From NCBI GenBank assembly GCA_036172245.1, contig JAYWIR010000009.1:3286001-3350000 (forward strand): a stretch of DNA of 64,000 nt, read 5' to 3'. A program made the translations under genes and the position numbers. The notes beneath the pieces are model-generated. The model was not told where the DNA came from, did no database searches, and saw only the letters and a list, made by a program, of their open reading frames with translations. Positions within the stretch are counted from its first letter, which is position 1. Every line of letters starts with the position of its first letter. Shown piece by piece: positions 11,700 to 25,050 of this stretch. This DNA is from Raillietiella orientalis (taxonomy: Eukaryota).

Positions 11700-14100
11700 C
11701 TGCATCGGGATACTGAAAGGGATGTCCCCGCTGGGGTCATAGGCGGCGTGGAACTTTCTTCTCTCGGCCCAGTGTCCCCGGAAGTGGACCTGCACCCCAT
11801 CTGGACCACGCAGAAGTCTCCCTCGCGAGGCAGGAGAATTTTGGGGGGACGACGCAGGAACAGGGATGTTCCCAGGAGAGTTGTCGTCGCCGGAAGGATG
11901 GGGAGACGAGGGAGGGAACGGGCAGGAGAGGGACTGCGTGAAAAAGGACCATCATCTTCCCTGCTGGGATCAGCACTTACGGGCGAACGGATGCTGCTTA
12001 CCCAAGGAGAAGTCGCGTTCTGGGAGGGCAGATCATCTCGTCATCAGCGCCTTTCCCAAAGGGCAAGCATGAAGACAGAGAGAGGGCCTACCTGGATGAA
12101 TGCGTTAGGGGATGCAAGGGATGGAGTCTCTCTCGTTCCCTTTCCCCCCCTTTCGCATCGCTTTTCTCGCTCTCTCTCCCAGATCCTCACGCTTGCCCTT
12201 CCCGGACACCGCGCGACCTTGGAGAGCGCAAGAGAGCAGGATGAGCCGATCCCGACCCGAGAGGATCCAGAGGGACCCCGCGTGCTCCGCAATACGACCG
12301 TGGGGTCAGTGAACTCGCCAGGAGTGCTCGACTCGAGCAGGGAAGAGTCGTCTCGAGACAGCACGACTGCGACAGGAAAACCGCCGCACTCGATAGAGAG
12401 CTCTGCAGCCGCTGCTGGACCGGCAGTAACCCAGCCAGTCTCCGCAGATTCTCCAGAGAGACAGATGCATCGGCTCAGGGAGAGCGAAAAGTCGTCCCGC
12501 GCTCGCATCCTCCAAAGAAAGCGCGCTGCCGTCGGGGTCTGCCGCGTGCCCTACGAGCCCACCCTACGTCACCCACTGCCGCAAGTTTGCAGGTGCCGAC
12601 GCCGGAAGTGCGTATCTCCACTGCACACCGAGGGCACATCAATCCGACCACTGCTGTGCATGCAAACAGCCGCCGGTTCGGCCGCACGCACTACGAGAGC
12701 ACGGGCATGGAAACAATGAGTCCGTCACTGAGATGAAGCATTGTCGTCTCATTGCTGCCATAATCGCAACAATGCAACAACAAAACTTTTGCACGGAGTG
12801 GTAACAATGCAACTTCGTGCAACAACAATGAGCAAGAGCCTAATGACAATAATGCGTCGTTCTCGCGCTCACGAGCATAGCTGCAAAGCAACTGCAAGCA
12901 CTTACCCTCTGCACTGACCTGCCCTCTGTGAGGGCGGTGCCCCTAGGGCTACTACCACCGCAGAGGCGCTCTCTCCAGCGAGTCGACCCAGTGATTTCGA
13001 CTCCGCACGCCCTGGATCTTCAAACCGGAACTCACAGTGCACATGGAGGCTCTCAGGTCTCCGTGGCTTCTGCTCCTCCCCTTCACCGGCCACTGACCTC
13101 GTCTCTCGCCCCAGAGAAGACCAACATTCCTTTCTGCTTTCCTCAGTTGTTGACCTCCCTTTTGCTCATAGGAAAGCCGACAAGCCGCGTCCTCGTGGCC
13201 CCCTCTCCTGCGGGGAGGATGGCGAAAGGAGCGCTTCCCTTGCCCCGGGAACTCCGCAGCATGGACGACCCAACCTAGAGAGACCCCTGAAGGAGCGCTT
13301 GGCGAAGAGACACTCTAGAACGAGACGCTTAAGAGAACCATTTCCCCAAGCGTGGTCAACGGACTGGGAGAAATTACCAGGAACGGCGGGAGTGGGGCCT
13401 GAGGGCAGGGCGCGAGCATGCAGGCGCGGGGGGCTCCCTCCCACGCGGATGCTTCTCATGGAGAGGGTGGGTCTCCGGGGCATGGAGAAGAGGCAACGCA
13501 AAAGAGGGGCCGACCCTCGCCCTCCTTTCCCAGAAGCGTCCTTTGAGCCTCCACAGGTAGGCGCATGGGAAGGGGAGGCAGCCACCGGGTAGCCGGAAGA
13601 AGATGCCGCACTGCTGACGCGGAAAACCGCTCGAGGCAGTGTCCAGGCCGCCTGATGCTCCCCGGCATCGGCCAACCCCGTGAAGGATCCGTGCGCGGTG
13701 GGCGCACGACCCGTGCATTCGCCATTCCCGGAAAGGGTGGCCAGCTAACCTCCAGAACGGACGGCGACAGCTGCGTCTTCGACGGTTTCCGTATAGCGTG
13801 GCGCAAGCCTCCGCGATTCCGCCTGGAAGGAACGCACACCCAGGTCCTTCTGCTCTCCTCCCCCCCAGCTAGCACCAGAAGCCCCCGGGAGACGTTCCCC
13901 TCCATCAGTGGCGCTCGGCACGGGGTGGGCGCCTCGTCCGCGGGGCACGACGTCAGCTGGTACCTCCTCTTCCTCCTCCATAGCATCCGGAGTGCCCTTC
14001 CCATCCCCTTGCCCTTTGTCCCTTTTCATCTGGGGGCCGAGGGCAGAGGCACAAAGTCACCTCTGCCCTCTCCAGAACGGGAAGAACGCCTCTGCTTCCC
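11700..14100 (+). mobile_element. Degenerate Tx1-type LINE 5' part (ORF1 + APE)
   Basis: ALTGERM (ORF1, ~11975), Cys/His knuckle remnants at 12540-12640, GPEGRA (~13400), TSRTDG (SRID) and THTQVLL (SDH) at 13750-13850. Confidence 0.45.
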
Positions 14101-15979
14101 GGAGGATAGGGGGAGGGGGAGAATGAGCTCTGCTGCCCCGTCACCCCGGAAACGCCTCTGCGCACCCCGTCTTCCTTCGCCTCCCCCGCTCCGGAGAGCT
14201 CTTGCAGCCCCGGGGGCAGGTGAGGCTCCCCCGCAGATGGCGCCTCCCCAGAGGACCATGTCCAATCGGGAAGACAATCGCCGGCCTGTGGGCTCGAGTA
14301 GTGACAAAGAGGGCGCCTTTCATCCCGGAGGACGCGCGCGCCTGTGGGCCCGTGGCAGGGAGGACGCAGCGATCACTCACTGTCGGGTCCTGCGCGCGTC
14401 TTCCCCATCCCCCGCCCTCCCGAGGGAGCCCAGGTGGCGGTGGGGAGCCGCTTCCGCGGCTCCGTCTCTCTGGGCAACCGCGCAACCGGAGGAGCGACTA
14501 AGCTCTTCCCCGGAGGCCGGAGGGGGTCGAGCCCTTCGCTTTCCCCCCATCCTCCAGGAGGCGGCGAACAGCAAAGGGGAGCCGTCTCTTTGGAAACGAT
14601 CCCTTCTCCTCTCCTCCAGGAGTCACCACTCGCTGGCGCTCCGCCGAAGCGCACTCTCCGCTCCGTGACGCGGGAGTGGGGTGAGGTGAGAACGCACTGT
14701 CCGCACGCGCGTACTCCAGGCGCTTGGCGGTCGCCCCCGCGAGCGTGCCCCGGCGGCCGGCCGTCGCGTGAGCGCCGTGGCTCTCGGCGGCGCGGCTCGC
14801 GCATGCGCGGCGACAGCACGCGTGCGCTCTCGAGTCGCGTGTGCGCATAGCACGTTCGATGCTCTCGACGACCACCCTCTCCCCTCCCCCAGTCCCTTGT
14901 GCCTCTCGGAGGGATCTCTTCTGTAGGCCGATCCCGAAGAGCTCCCCGCCGGAACCCCCACTGGAAGGCGGATGGCCGCCCTCTCGCGGTCAGGCGTCCA
15001 GGAAGTGGACGGGGGCAGCCTCCGACTGCCGAAAGTGCCCGCGCTGCTGCCGCTGCCGCGTTCGCGTCGGCGTCTCCTCCGCCTCGCGGTCCGGCTAAAA
15101 ATAGCGCCGGCGGCTAAAAATAGAAAGCGCTCGGAGCGCACCTGTGGGAAAGCGCGAGGCGAGAGGAACGGTTTTCGAGTGCCCGCGCGCGTGCGCTCGC
15201 AGGGGGCAGCGGGGCGCCGCCGGCGCGTGGCGCGAGCCGGCGTGCGGCAGCAGCTCGTGGGGGCGCAAAAAAAAAAAAAAAACGCCCCGCGCACCTCTCT
15301 CCCCGCCTCGGGGCGGGCCATTCCCCTCCTCGGGGGGCGGATTCCGCGAAGCCGGAAAAAGGCCCTGCGCGGGCGTCGCCGGGGATCCGCGGGTCGGCGA
15401 TCCCGGGGAACAAAAACCAAGAGGACCGCTCGGTGCCGGTTGCCAGTGACGGCTCGGGCCCGGAGATTGAATACGCGGCGGACGGTTCCATAAATTTCCC
15501 AAGCTGAAGAGGGCCACCTCGAGAAAGAGAGTGAGCATAATGATGCGTTTCATTGTGACGGGATGATCATTCCTTTGTGATGATCATTGTGTCCTCTCGT
15601 GATCTCGTCAGCGGCTCCCGCCGCCACGTTCCTTCCTCTCGGGCTGTTATTCAAGAGACGCTGACAAGTACAAAGTAAGCGGGAATCGAACCATCAAATT
15701 TTCCAAGCTCCTGTACCTCTCTCTGCCTCTCGGATGCTGGCTGCATCCATTCATCCCGCCTGCAGCCAGCAGCGGAGAGAATGAAACAAAAAGGAAAAAG
15801 CAAAAAAAAAAGATGCAAGATGTCGGTGAAGCGCCCATTGTTTCTGCTGGGAGACAATGGGCGCGATGGGTCCTCCCACCCCTCCCTCCCCAAGAAACGC
15901 GAGCCGTACGTGAGCGCCACCTGTGAAGAAGCCGCCGCGGGCCGCAGAGCCCAGAGCGCACGCGCGCTGGCGATGTGAC

Positions 15980-17450
15980 GACGGCGGCTTGGCCGGAGGA
16001 GGAGAGCCTCCGGAACCCGCGAGAGGGCGCCCGCCTCTCCCGCCGGGTCCGGAGACTCTGTCGACAGACCCCCGCGGCTCCCGATCGGGGACTGGCGGGA
16101 GAAATTAAGATTGCGGAGCCCGCGAACTCACGCGGGAGTCCGGGAGAGGCGTGCCTCGTGGCTCCTCCCGAGCGCCTCTTTCGGATCAGGGAGACCCGTC
16201 CTCGGCATCCGTGTACATACCGAGAGGCTTTCTCCCAGCAAATCTCCACCGCTCCCCTTTCCGGAAGCGAGTCCCGAACCCCCCTCCTGGAAATCCTCCC
16301 TCTCTCTCTCTCTTCCCTTTCCCGAGGGTTCCAGGGGAGGCAGAACCCCCCGCTCTGCGCGAACCCTGCCATGACGCGTAGGGTAGCGAAACTGCCGCGC
16401 GGTTGCTACGGCGACCGGCGCTCTCCGCAACCGTTTCGAGTTCTCCCGGTGCCCATAGCTGCCCACAGCTCACTCCCTCCTCCCGCTCGATCCGTGGCCG
16501 TGATCCAGGATGTTGTGCGCAGCATCGTTCGTGATCGAAATTCGACCTCGTCTTCTAAATTCGATGTGGCTTTGTTTCCTTGAGTTCCGTGCCTCTCGAA
16601 AGCGTAACCAGGCGACCGCATGCGTGCCGCTCTCCATTGTTGCGAGCACACCGGACGACCGAGCGCGCCGAGTGCAGCGCGACCGCCGTCCTATCGTGCG
16701 CACGAAGACTCGATCGTATTTTGAGGACAAAGAGAGGACGGGAAAGAAAAAAAACGGAAACAAACAAAGAAAGAAAAAACAAGTAGGTACCGTTGTTAGA
16801 ACAGCAAAACGCCATTTCCTTAGCTTCTCCCTATTCCAAGAGCTGCTCGTCTCCGGCATCATTCTCAGATTTGATTCCCACAGAGGACGAAACACATCAT
16901 GGGAAGCGACGCGATTCCCGAGGCGAGTTCAAAGTGTGCCGCAATTCTCTGGAACAGGCAAGCGTCGTCACCTCGTGTCTTCGCGGAGCCAGCAATCCCT
17001 TGGTCGGAGAGGAATCGTCGGGGTCTGCGGGATGCCCGCGAGTGACGCCTGCTCAGCAATTGCTTCCACAGAGTGGTGCGAACCTACCCCCCTACCTCCT
17101 CCTCCTCGGAAGACCGAAAGGATGGAGGAACATCCAACGCCCCTTGACACGCTCGCACAAAGGTATCGGGAAAAAGGTATGTTTTTTTTCCCCCCCTTCC
17201 TCTCTTCCCCGTCTCCTAGAATCCCTCGAAAGCTCCAAGGCCTGCTCGGAAATCCTGCTTCGTGAGTCACCACTTCTTGCGGAGAGGTGCAGTTTAATAT
17301 CTCCAGTGGTTCCCCTAGGAGACCAGCTGTTGCTGAGAGTTGGGTACGGCGTTGCTACGCACATACCAGTGCGTGCCAGAACAAGTGCGCACAACGCATT
17401 AGCGTCTCCGAGGTTACGTGAGCGGATATCCATTGTTGCAGGCTCGCGGG
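15980..17450 (-). mobile_element. Degenerate LINE RT fragment (L1/Tx1-type)
   Basis: WLRFREARN (D-x-KAFD-like, ~16600), EGVSCGQLWAP (GVRQG, ~16470), AGFAQS (YADD-like, ~16360), GAVEICWEKAS (SG..N..KS, ~16240), in RT order. Confidence 0.45.
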
Positions 17451-17949
17451 ACGCGCGCGGCCGCCATGACTACGAGCGAGCAGGGACGAGCAGACTAGTT
17501 AGGGCACACTAGAGCGCAGAAAGCTCTCCAAAGAGCATTCCTGTTGGTTTCAGTGCTTTGCCGATGGGAGGGAGGGAAGGAGGAGGGAGAAAGACGCCCG
17601 CAGGCAAATACTGGGAACCGGTAAACTTGAAAACCCCGTCCTGCCTTGGTAAAAAAGGGGGAGAAAAGTCTTCTATATTTTCTTATTTCTTTTTTTTAAA
17701 AAAAAAATGAAGGGAGGGGGGGGGGATCCGTTCAAAATGGCCTTGCGAACCTTACCGCAAAAATAGCCGATTTTCGAGCCATCAGAGCAGTGTTCCAGTC
17801 CACAAACGCAAATTATCGTGAGAGATGCCGGAAACTTTCTTTCGTCTTTTGTTTTGCTTCTTCAAAAAAAGGGAAGATGTCGCCTGCGGTATCGGTCGCA
17901 TGGCCGCATGCCGCCGCAAAAGAGCTGGGGCCGCCTTCGCTACTGCTGC

Positions 17950-18700
17950 CTGCTTGCGGGATCGCTCGACTACTTCGCAGAGGATGGAGAGAAAGGAGCG
18001 GTCACATTCCCTCTCCACCCCCTTCCCCCCCTCCGTCTGCAGGGACGAAGCAAAGCGGCGCGCAGGGGAGCTGCACCTCGCCTCCAGAGGTGCTCACCCA
18101 AACCTTTCTGGCTCCTCGTCTCCTCCCAGTCTTTGCGACAAACCTCCTCCTCACTTCCTCTTCCTCCTTCCTACCCTCCTTTCCTCCTTTTCCTTCCTTC
18201 CCCCTCCTTCCCTCCTCCTTCCTACCCTGCTCTTCTCTTCTTCCTTCTTCTCCCTTCCTCCTCCGCTCCTGGCAAGCTCCTTCTGCGCGATGTCACCTCC
18301 GGGTCACGCCTGGAGGGATCTTTCGCATGCCGCACGCGCGCCCCCGCTTCTTCCTTTCACGTCCGACGAGAAATCTGCCTTGTTGATGGATTCCTGCGGC
18401 TCCCGCTCTGTTGTCAAGGAGACGGATCCCTCTGGAGAATAATGACCCTCGCTGGAACCCGGGGAATCCACAGAAACGACCCTGCAGGATTACGGGGTCA
18501 CGTGTGGGTACCGCTCTTCCCTCTGGCCTCTGGGACGAGGGAGCGCTGGGGAGAACGAGAAGGGGGGGTAACGAGAGAATTCCATGGACTTGGCGGTAGA
18601 GGTGGCGGCCGACACGTCCCCTTGCCTCCCGAAACCACCCGGAATGCGTTTGCGCGTTTCCACCCGGCTCCGCGGCTGCGCTCCTCGTGATGCCCCCGCA
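17950..18700 (+). mobile_element. Possible Tx1-type ORF1 remnant, interrupted by a pyrimidine tract (18140-18265)
   Basis: Only weak ORF1-like remnants (GTRGIH, WVPLFP). Confidence 0.25.
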
Positions 18701-19039
18701 CGGCCGAACCGCCCTAAGTGACCTGCAAGCAGATGAGCCCCCGCGCCGGACTGAGGCTCAGCAGGGCAAGTCGACGGTGACCCCAATGGGCGCGGACTGG
18801 GCTGGGAGACCTCGAGGGTCCCCTGCATGGCACGCTGCAGTACCTGAGACTGCCTCTCGGCGCCCTTCCAACGTAACGAGCGCCGTCCACCAGACTCGCA
18901 CAGGCGCCGCACTCATTCGCGAACGGCAGTCCCTCCTTCCCGTCGCGAGACGCTTCTTCGTCGCTCCCCGTCCTCCCACACCCGCTGTCGATATGCCGTC
19001 CCCCTTTCGAAGGGTGGATGACCTCAAGAAAAAACCCTT

Positions 19040-20950
19040 AGTGATTTATCACCCGGATATGCCGGGGTATTTATTATTCTAATTTTTTACAAAATCAGGT
19101 AATAAAGTCTATAAACATTGTCTGTCGTGGAAGAACACTTGGTTGTACCACGCTTGAAGACGTGTCGTGAGCCGGCAAAGTCCTCTCCCGATGCGCAGGG
19201 GAAGAAGAAACTCAAACAAAAAGAAACACAAAAAGGATAACGGGGAGGGGAATAGTTTTATGGAGGAGGGGAGGGCAGGGAAGGGATCACTGGGCGCCTG
19301 GATCGGTCCTCTGCATCCTATCCAGGATGCTGACAAGTTCTGTTCTGATGCTGGATGGTAGACACCACCTTGTTGCGGTCTCCAAAAAGGTCCAAAACGG
19401 TCTCCAAAAAGGTCCAGTGGATGGCGTCTTTGCTTCTTTGGCCTCCTCTCCTAGCGTTCCACCTCTCCACGATGCCGCGCACACAGCAGAGGACTGCTAG
19501 AGACGCAGCGGGGCGTAGGCTGTCACGCAGAAAGAGGTGTCGGTAAATGACCTTAGGGTCGTCTACTGGAAGAAGGAGGATTGGGGAAAGTCGACTCCAA
19601 AGTCCAACCAGGGCGACACACTCTAATGTAAGATGCAAGAAGGTTTCCCTTTCACCGCACTCGACGCAGCGGGCATCCACGTCCCCCAGTGTCCAGTGAG
19701 ACAGGAGTGCTCTGCTTAAAAGTCCCCAATGGAGAAAGAGCAACGCCGTCTCCTGCCACTTTAACGGAAGGGTGCCGCTATCCCAACACTCTGGGGGCCA
19801 CTTCACCTCCTCCGGAGGTACTGCGAGCAGCTCGCCCCAGAGCGCAAGTCCCTAAGGCGGGACTCTCGGGGTCGCAGCGTCCGCTAGCTCCCGAGTCGTC
19901 CACGCCTTTACTGGTTTTCTCCTGCCTCAGATGAGGCAGGACACTTCCCGCGATGCTCGCTCGTTGCTGTGCCTTATGTTCTTGATGAAGGACAGCACGG
20001 GGGCAAGGGGGGTCATAGAAGCCCACAGAAAATTCCGCGGGTTGTTGATGATCTGCAGGGACTGTCAAGCGTTGGGGCCTCGACGGAGGCAGTTCCCTTA
20101 GGGATACCGCGCCTTTCCGGGTGCGTCTCAAGGATCCACCTGCTGCTCGCCAGGACCGTCTGGATCCAGCTTCCCATTCTCCCCACAGGGCAAAAGGAAA
20201 AGGAGGAAGAGAAGAAAGAAAGAAAAAGGGAGGAGGAGGAAAGAAGGAGGAGAAAGGAAAGAAGGGAGAGAGGGAGGAGGAAGGAGAGGAGGGAGTCGAA
20301 TTTCCCAGTTCCCCCCACGGTTTGGTTCCAGTGACGCGACTTTGGAAGGAAGGCAGGTACCTCCCCTCAAGCATCTGCTTCGAAGAAACGTCGGATGAGG
20401 AGGGAGGGTCTCTTTCGTCCCACTTACCCGCTTAAGAGTGAAGCCGCTGGACTTCCCGTAACTCCAGGTTGCTGTCTTCCCGTAACTTCAAGTCGACCGA
20501 AAAAACATCACCCGTGGGGGAAGGTGTCAAGGTGGGCAGCTTGCAAGGCTATCTCACTCCAGCCCTTCTGAGCTATGGCCTTCCAGGCACTTGGGAAGGG
20601 TCGCCCTTCGTGGACCGCAACAGAACCAAAGTGGACCTAGGTCGTCGCCACGTCCCCCGCTGCAGCTCTGTGCTGCTGGCGTGGACTAGCGGACAGTGAC
20701 CAGGCACTCTGGGCGGGGCGTGTCCCGCGCAGTGCGGCGCCACCCCTTGAAAAGAGTGGACCGCTGGGTGACCACCCTTGACACCCCCACGGAAGAAGAT
20801 ACCATGGCGCCTTCCACGTTTCCGGGAGGTTCCGTCCTTCCGGTGCGCTGGCGGGAATGGTTGACCTTGAGGTTGCGTAGGGGCTTTCCGTGCATCCAGC
20901 TCCTCAGTCGGATGCGCAGAGAAGTCGCCCCCTCCTGCGAGAGGTGAGGA
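19040..20950 (-). mobile_element. L1/Tx1-type LINE 3' end (zf-RVT + 3'UTR) with RT N-terminal remnant
   Basis: ORF 19318-19806 reads W...LPLKWQETALLFLHWGLL...CVECGERETFLHLTLEC...W, the clearest zf-RVT in the window. LVLLRSTKGDP...GRP (RT1) lies at ~20630-20575. The 3'UTR is T-rich with AATAAA near 19070. The RT core appears deleted around a purine tract at 20190-20295. Confidence 0.75.
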
Positions 20951-20999
20951 AACGAGGCGTAGTCGGCGTTGTTGCCCCTGAACGCTCCATCGGTGCAGT

Positions 21000-21365
21000 G
21001 GGGGCTTCCGGTTGAGCCCCCGCTTCGCGAAACCAGAAGCTCCTGCCGGTTCGCTGACGCTCATGCGCTGCGTTCATCTCTCCTCTTGGCGGACCGCGGG
21101 CGACGAAGGCAAGGGTGGGAGCCAGCCACGCCTTCGCGTGCCTCTGGAGCAGGGAGACGTCAGAATCGCAAGAAGGCTGCGTGAGGCCTTCCTCCCCCTC
21201 CTCCGAGGGAGTCATGGATTCCTGTCACCGTGTAGGAACAATGGAACGGTCCAGAAACACGAAAGGCACCACAATGTCTTCCCGTCAGACAGCCCGTTCG
21301 CCCACCATGGTGTTTATTTTTTTGTGTTTACATGTAATTTCTATGTTTTTATTTTATTTTTATGT
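21000..21365 (+). mobile_element. Possible further zf-RVT/3'UTR remnant
   Basis: SHAFACLW plus a T-rich tail resembling the neighbouring LINE 3'UTRs; weak. Confidence 0.25.
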
Positions 21366-21959
21366 CATCCCCCCCTCCCCATCCTCCCACTACTGGTAAC
21401 CTTTTGGTTTCTCCAAAATAGCCGACCTGCGAGCGCTCTCCAGGCGGCAGTGCTGCCATCCTGGCCGCGGCCGCCTATTTGTTCACACCCACTCGGGATA
21501 GGTAAACGTCCCGGAGGCGCGACCGACCTAGGTCGGCGGCGGGGTCTTGGAGTGCCTCCGGTCGCCGCTCGCCTGCCTCCCGCGACTGCTGCTCCGCAGA
21601 CGGGACCTGCTGCGAGGAGCCGCAGCCCCCTCCTTCCGCGAGGCTCCCTGGAGGGAGGCTCCCCAGAAAGAACTCCTCTCCGCAGTCCGCGGCCACTCGA
21701 CTTTCAGCAGCCAACCGTCTGGGCCACCCACAGCCTCCTCCTCCTCTCTCTGCGGTTTCAGCGCAGAGACAGCGAGCGCGACGGTGTTGGGGGGGGGGGG
21801 AGGCTTCATGTACGCGTTCGTCGAAGGGTTTCCGGTGACGCGGTCAGCGGGGGCGGGAAGGAGGGGGTAAGCTGGGGTCGGCAGACAGGGTCCGCGTGGA
21901 TGGGCGCTGCCTCCATTTCCTAAGAGTCCAGTTATGTAGCGGGGAAACGCCCATCTCTA

Positions 21960-22960
21960 CAGGGTGATTCTCAGCCGAATACGCCGGGGACATTTGTAAT
22001 ATAAAATAGTGAAAACACAACATTGTGATGGAACGGTTGGTTCTGTCACGCGCCTCGGTGAGGTCCAATTCGTCAGCGTGGGGGAGAAGAAAACAAAAAC
22101 AAAAAAATAAACAAACAAAACGGGGGAGGAAAAATTGTACATGGGGAAGGGGAGGGAAAGGGGGTGACCAAGGAAGGGACCACAGCATGCTGCCAGGCGT
22201 CCTCTGCATCCTGCTCAGGATGCTTGCAAGTTTCGTTCGTGTCTCGCCCGGGTGAGACCATCTCGAGGTGGTCCTCAGGAAGATCTGCACCCAGCGTGTG
22301 GCGTCCCTGCATCTCGGCCTCTTCTTCTGGCCTTCCGCGCCGCACTACTATCCCGTGAAGACAGCAGAGGACTGCGAAGGACGCAGCTGGCGGCAGAGCA
22401 GCTCGCACGAAGAGGCCGCGTTCGAAATTGCCCTGGGACCGCCCATCGGGGAACCTGGGGTCGCCGCGAGGAGATTCCTAAGGAGTCGTATCCTTCGCCT
22501 TCTTTCCCTGCCGCACTCCACTCTCCTCCCCCGTGTGCAGTGGTGAAGGCGCGCTTTGCGCAGGATTCCCCGATGCAACACCAGCAGCACCGACTCCCTC
22601 CACTCGAGGGGAAGGATGCCACTGTTCCAGTACTCTGGGGACCACTTCACCTTCTTCGCAGGGATGTCCAGCAGCTCTCCTCAGCGTACAAGTCCTTGGG
22701 GTGGAACACTCGGGGTCCTGGCGTCCGTCACCTCTCTAGTTGTCCACCTGCCCAGAAGTTTCTTTGCTCCTGTGCAGCAAGTCGCTTGCCGCCCTACCGG
22801 GATTACGCCGTCCCTTGCGTCCCTTAGTGAGGACAGCGCGGGGGCAAAGGAGGGTGGACGAGGTCCACTGCATTCTGGGGGCATCCGGAGGTTTTTGGTT
22901 TCCACCAGTGCCACCGCACCCGAATAGGCTGACCAACGCCATTCTGCGGGGGGAACTCGA
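21960..22960 (-). mobile_element. Second, diverged copy of the LINE 3' end at 19040-20190
   Basis: KWSPEYWNSGILPLEWRESVLLVLHRGIL vs KWPPECWDSGTLPLKWQETALLFLHWGLL; AASFAVLCCLHGIV vs AASLAVLCCVRGIV; TCKHP vs TCQHP; CPRAVL shared; similar 3'UTR. Confidence 0.75.
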
Positions 22961-24279
22961 AACCAACGACGCCGCACCCTCCGTTGTCGACGTCGGTGCT
23001 CCCCGGGCGGGATTCGACGCTCTCTAATGCTTCGTGTGGAGACCCCGCGGCTGTCAACGCGGGTGCAGGAACCGAAACCGAAGATCCTGAAGCCGAAGAA
23101 GACCTGGTGGCGGTCGAGTGTCCGTCAGCCTCCTCTACCGGTTCGAGTGGCAGGTCATTGCCGGAGGCGCAACGCCTTTTCGAGGAATCTCCTGAGTCTT
23201 TGCCGAGACAGAGGAGCACGATCGCTTACAGAAAAGAGTCTTTCGAGAGGTCGTCCTTCTCCTTAATGGTCGTATGCGGCGGCTGACTCAGGGGAGAAGT
23301 GGCAGCGGCCTTCGACGCCGGCGCATCCCGTCGGGTGCTTCTTCGCGCGCGCGCCTCGGGCTATGAGCCGCCGCAGTCGCTTCCGTCGGCTGCGGCTCGA
23401 CTCGCTCCGCCAGCTGCGGCGCCTCTTCTGCCAACCAGAAGAGCTTCTTCGTTCTCCTCCGGAGCTCCGGCAGCTGGAGAAGACACACCTGGCGGGGCGC
23501 ATCCCTGAAAAGGCGCTCAGGAAAGATTAAGGGTTTCAACCCGAAAGGATGAAAGAAGAGATGAAACAGGTAAAGCGGAAAGAAACCATTGAGCAGTCTT
23601 AGCTTGAGGAAGGCAGAAAGCAAAGGGGGAAAGATGGATAAAGACAAAGCAGTAAGAGCAGGAAAAGGAAGGAGGAAGAGGAGAAGAGATAAGTAAAAGA
23701 GGTTGAGAAGAAGAGGAAGGCGGACAAAAGGAGGAGAGGAGAGGAGAGGAAGCCAGAAGAAAAAGCAGAAGAGGAAGAAAGCCACGGCAAAAGCAGATGA
23801 TGCCGGAAGCAGGGACCACCGAATCCGCTGGCTGGAAAAACTGGCAGCCTCGAGGTGCTCTTTCCGCGGAAAAGGAGAGGGAGACTGCTAAGGGCGTCGT
23901 CGTCCCCACAGGAGGTCGTTCATCGAGGTGGTGGGGTCCGCGCCGTCCGACCACCACACGGGCACGGAAAGTGGATGGGGCGTGCCGATAATTCCGCCAC
24001 CAGAGCCACCACCGCCTGTGCAATGCGGACTGCACTGCAGCGGTGCGCCAACATCCCGGTCGCAGAAGCAGCAGCAGCAGAAGGCAGGGAGGCGCTGCTC
24101 AAACGTGAGCAGCAGAGGTCGAAAGCCGAGAGGAAGACACCGCGGACGGGCGGACGTGGTCGCAGCAAGCCCAAAGTCGTTTCGCCGCTCCCCTTCCGGA
24201 TGACCACTGCTTGTTCGTGAGAGTAGCGGCATCTGCACCTCGGCATGCGCCGAGCGGAATGAAACAGGAGCAGATCCTG

Positions 24280-25050
24280 CTTTTGGGATCTCCAAGGTGA
24301 CGACCTAGGAGACTCTTGGACCTCCGGCTCTTCCAGGAGCGCCCTCGCGAGCGGAAAGGCTCACCCTCGAAGAGTGCTCTCTCCCTGCTCTCCGGAAGGC
24401 GAGTGGACCGAGGTGGACATCACCGGGGCGTTCGCCGACCCCGTTCCATGCCTGTCGGCAGGGAGGAGAACTCCTGCACAGCACGGGACCTACTTCCGAG
24501 CACCCCCGCTTCCCGCGTGCAGCGAGAAACGCGCGAAGAGGCCTCTCCTGAAGAATTCTGAGCTGCTCCCACCAAGAGGGACAGTACCAACGACAACGAG
24601 CTGCTATCCCGAACTTGTTCCGACCTGGACCGAAAGAGGGATCGGCAACCCTGGACCTTCCCTTGAAAGGACTCCCCGCTAGCTCCTCAAGGGGCGCTTC
24701 TCGCTGGAGCGTTTCGAGCCTGGAAGAGGAGCTAAGGGTACGCGTGAGGCTTGGCGCAACCGGCCAGCGGTGAGCATCGCCGCCTTCCTCCCCTGCGATG
24801 ATGGCCGACAAAGGCGAGCTTCCCGAGGTCGTGCTGCCCTCGCGGAGGCAACCTCTGGCGGAACCGAAGCGAAGAAAGACTTCCAGAAACCTCGAGGCAC
24901 CAGATGGGAGTCGCAAAAGCGTGCCTTCTGGGAAGCCGAGCGGTGGGTCAGAGCTGTCCGGCCCCCGCTAGCCGTCGCGGTAAGCAGCACGCGTGCGGGA
25001 AGGCAAAGGCTCCTCGGTCGCTTCCCGCATTCCAAATCTTCCCCCCTCCC
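24280..25050 (+). mobile_element. Degenerate LINE RT core
   Basis: TEVDITGAFADPVP (v-NG..s.pf, ~24410), GALLAGAF...KRS (~24700), RWESQKRAFW (~24905). Confidence 0.4.

Noticed and set aside
8613..12719. Long + strand ORFs (528 aa at 8613, 519 aa at 11160) and the unspliced 492-aa - strand ORF
   Set aside because: Arg/Pro/Gly-rich products expected from high GC, with non-ATG starts and homopolymer runs. Only the spliced 194-aa model has gene signals.
13180..13235. HDV-like ribozyme (TCCTCGTGG...TGGCGAA)
   Set aside because: P1, P2 and P3 pairings could not be built.
17290..17302. U2 snRNA-like 13-mer (another at ~33390) as a Tx1/Keno target
   Set aside because: Matches do not extend and are compatible with chance.
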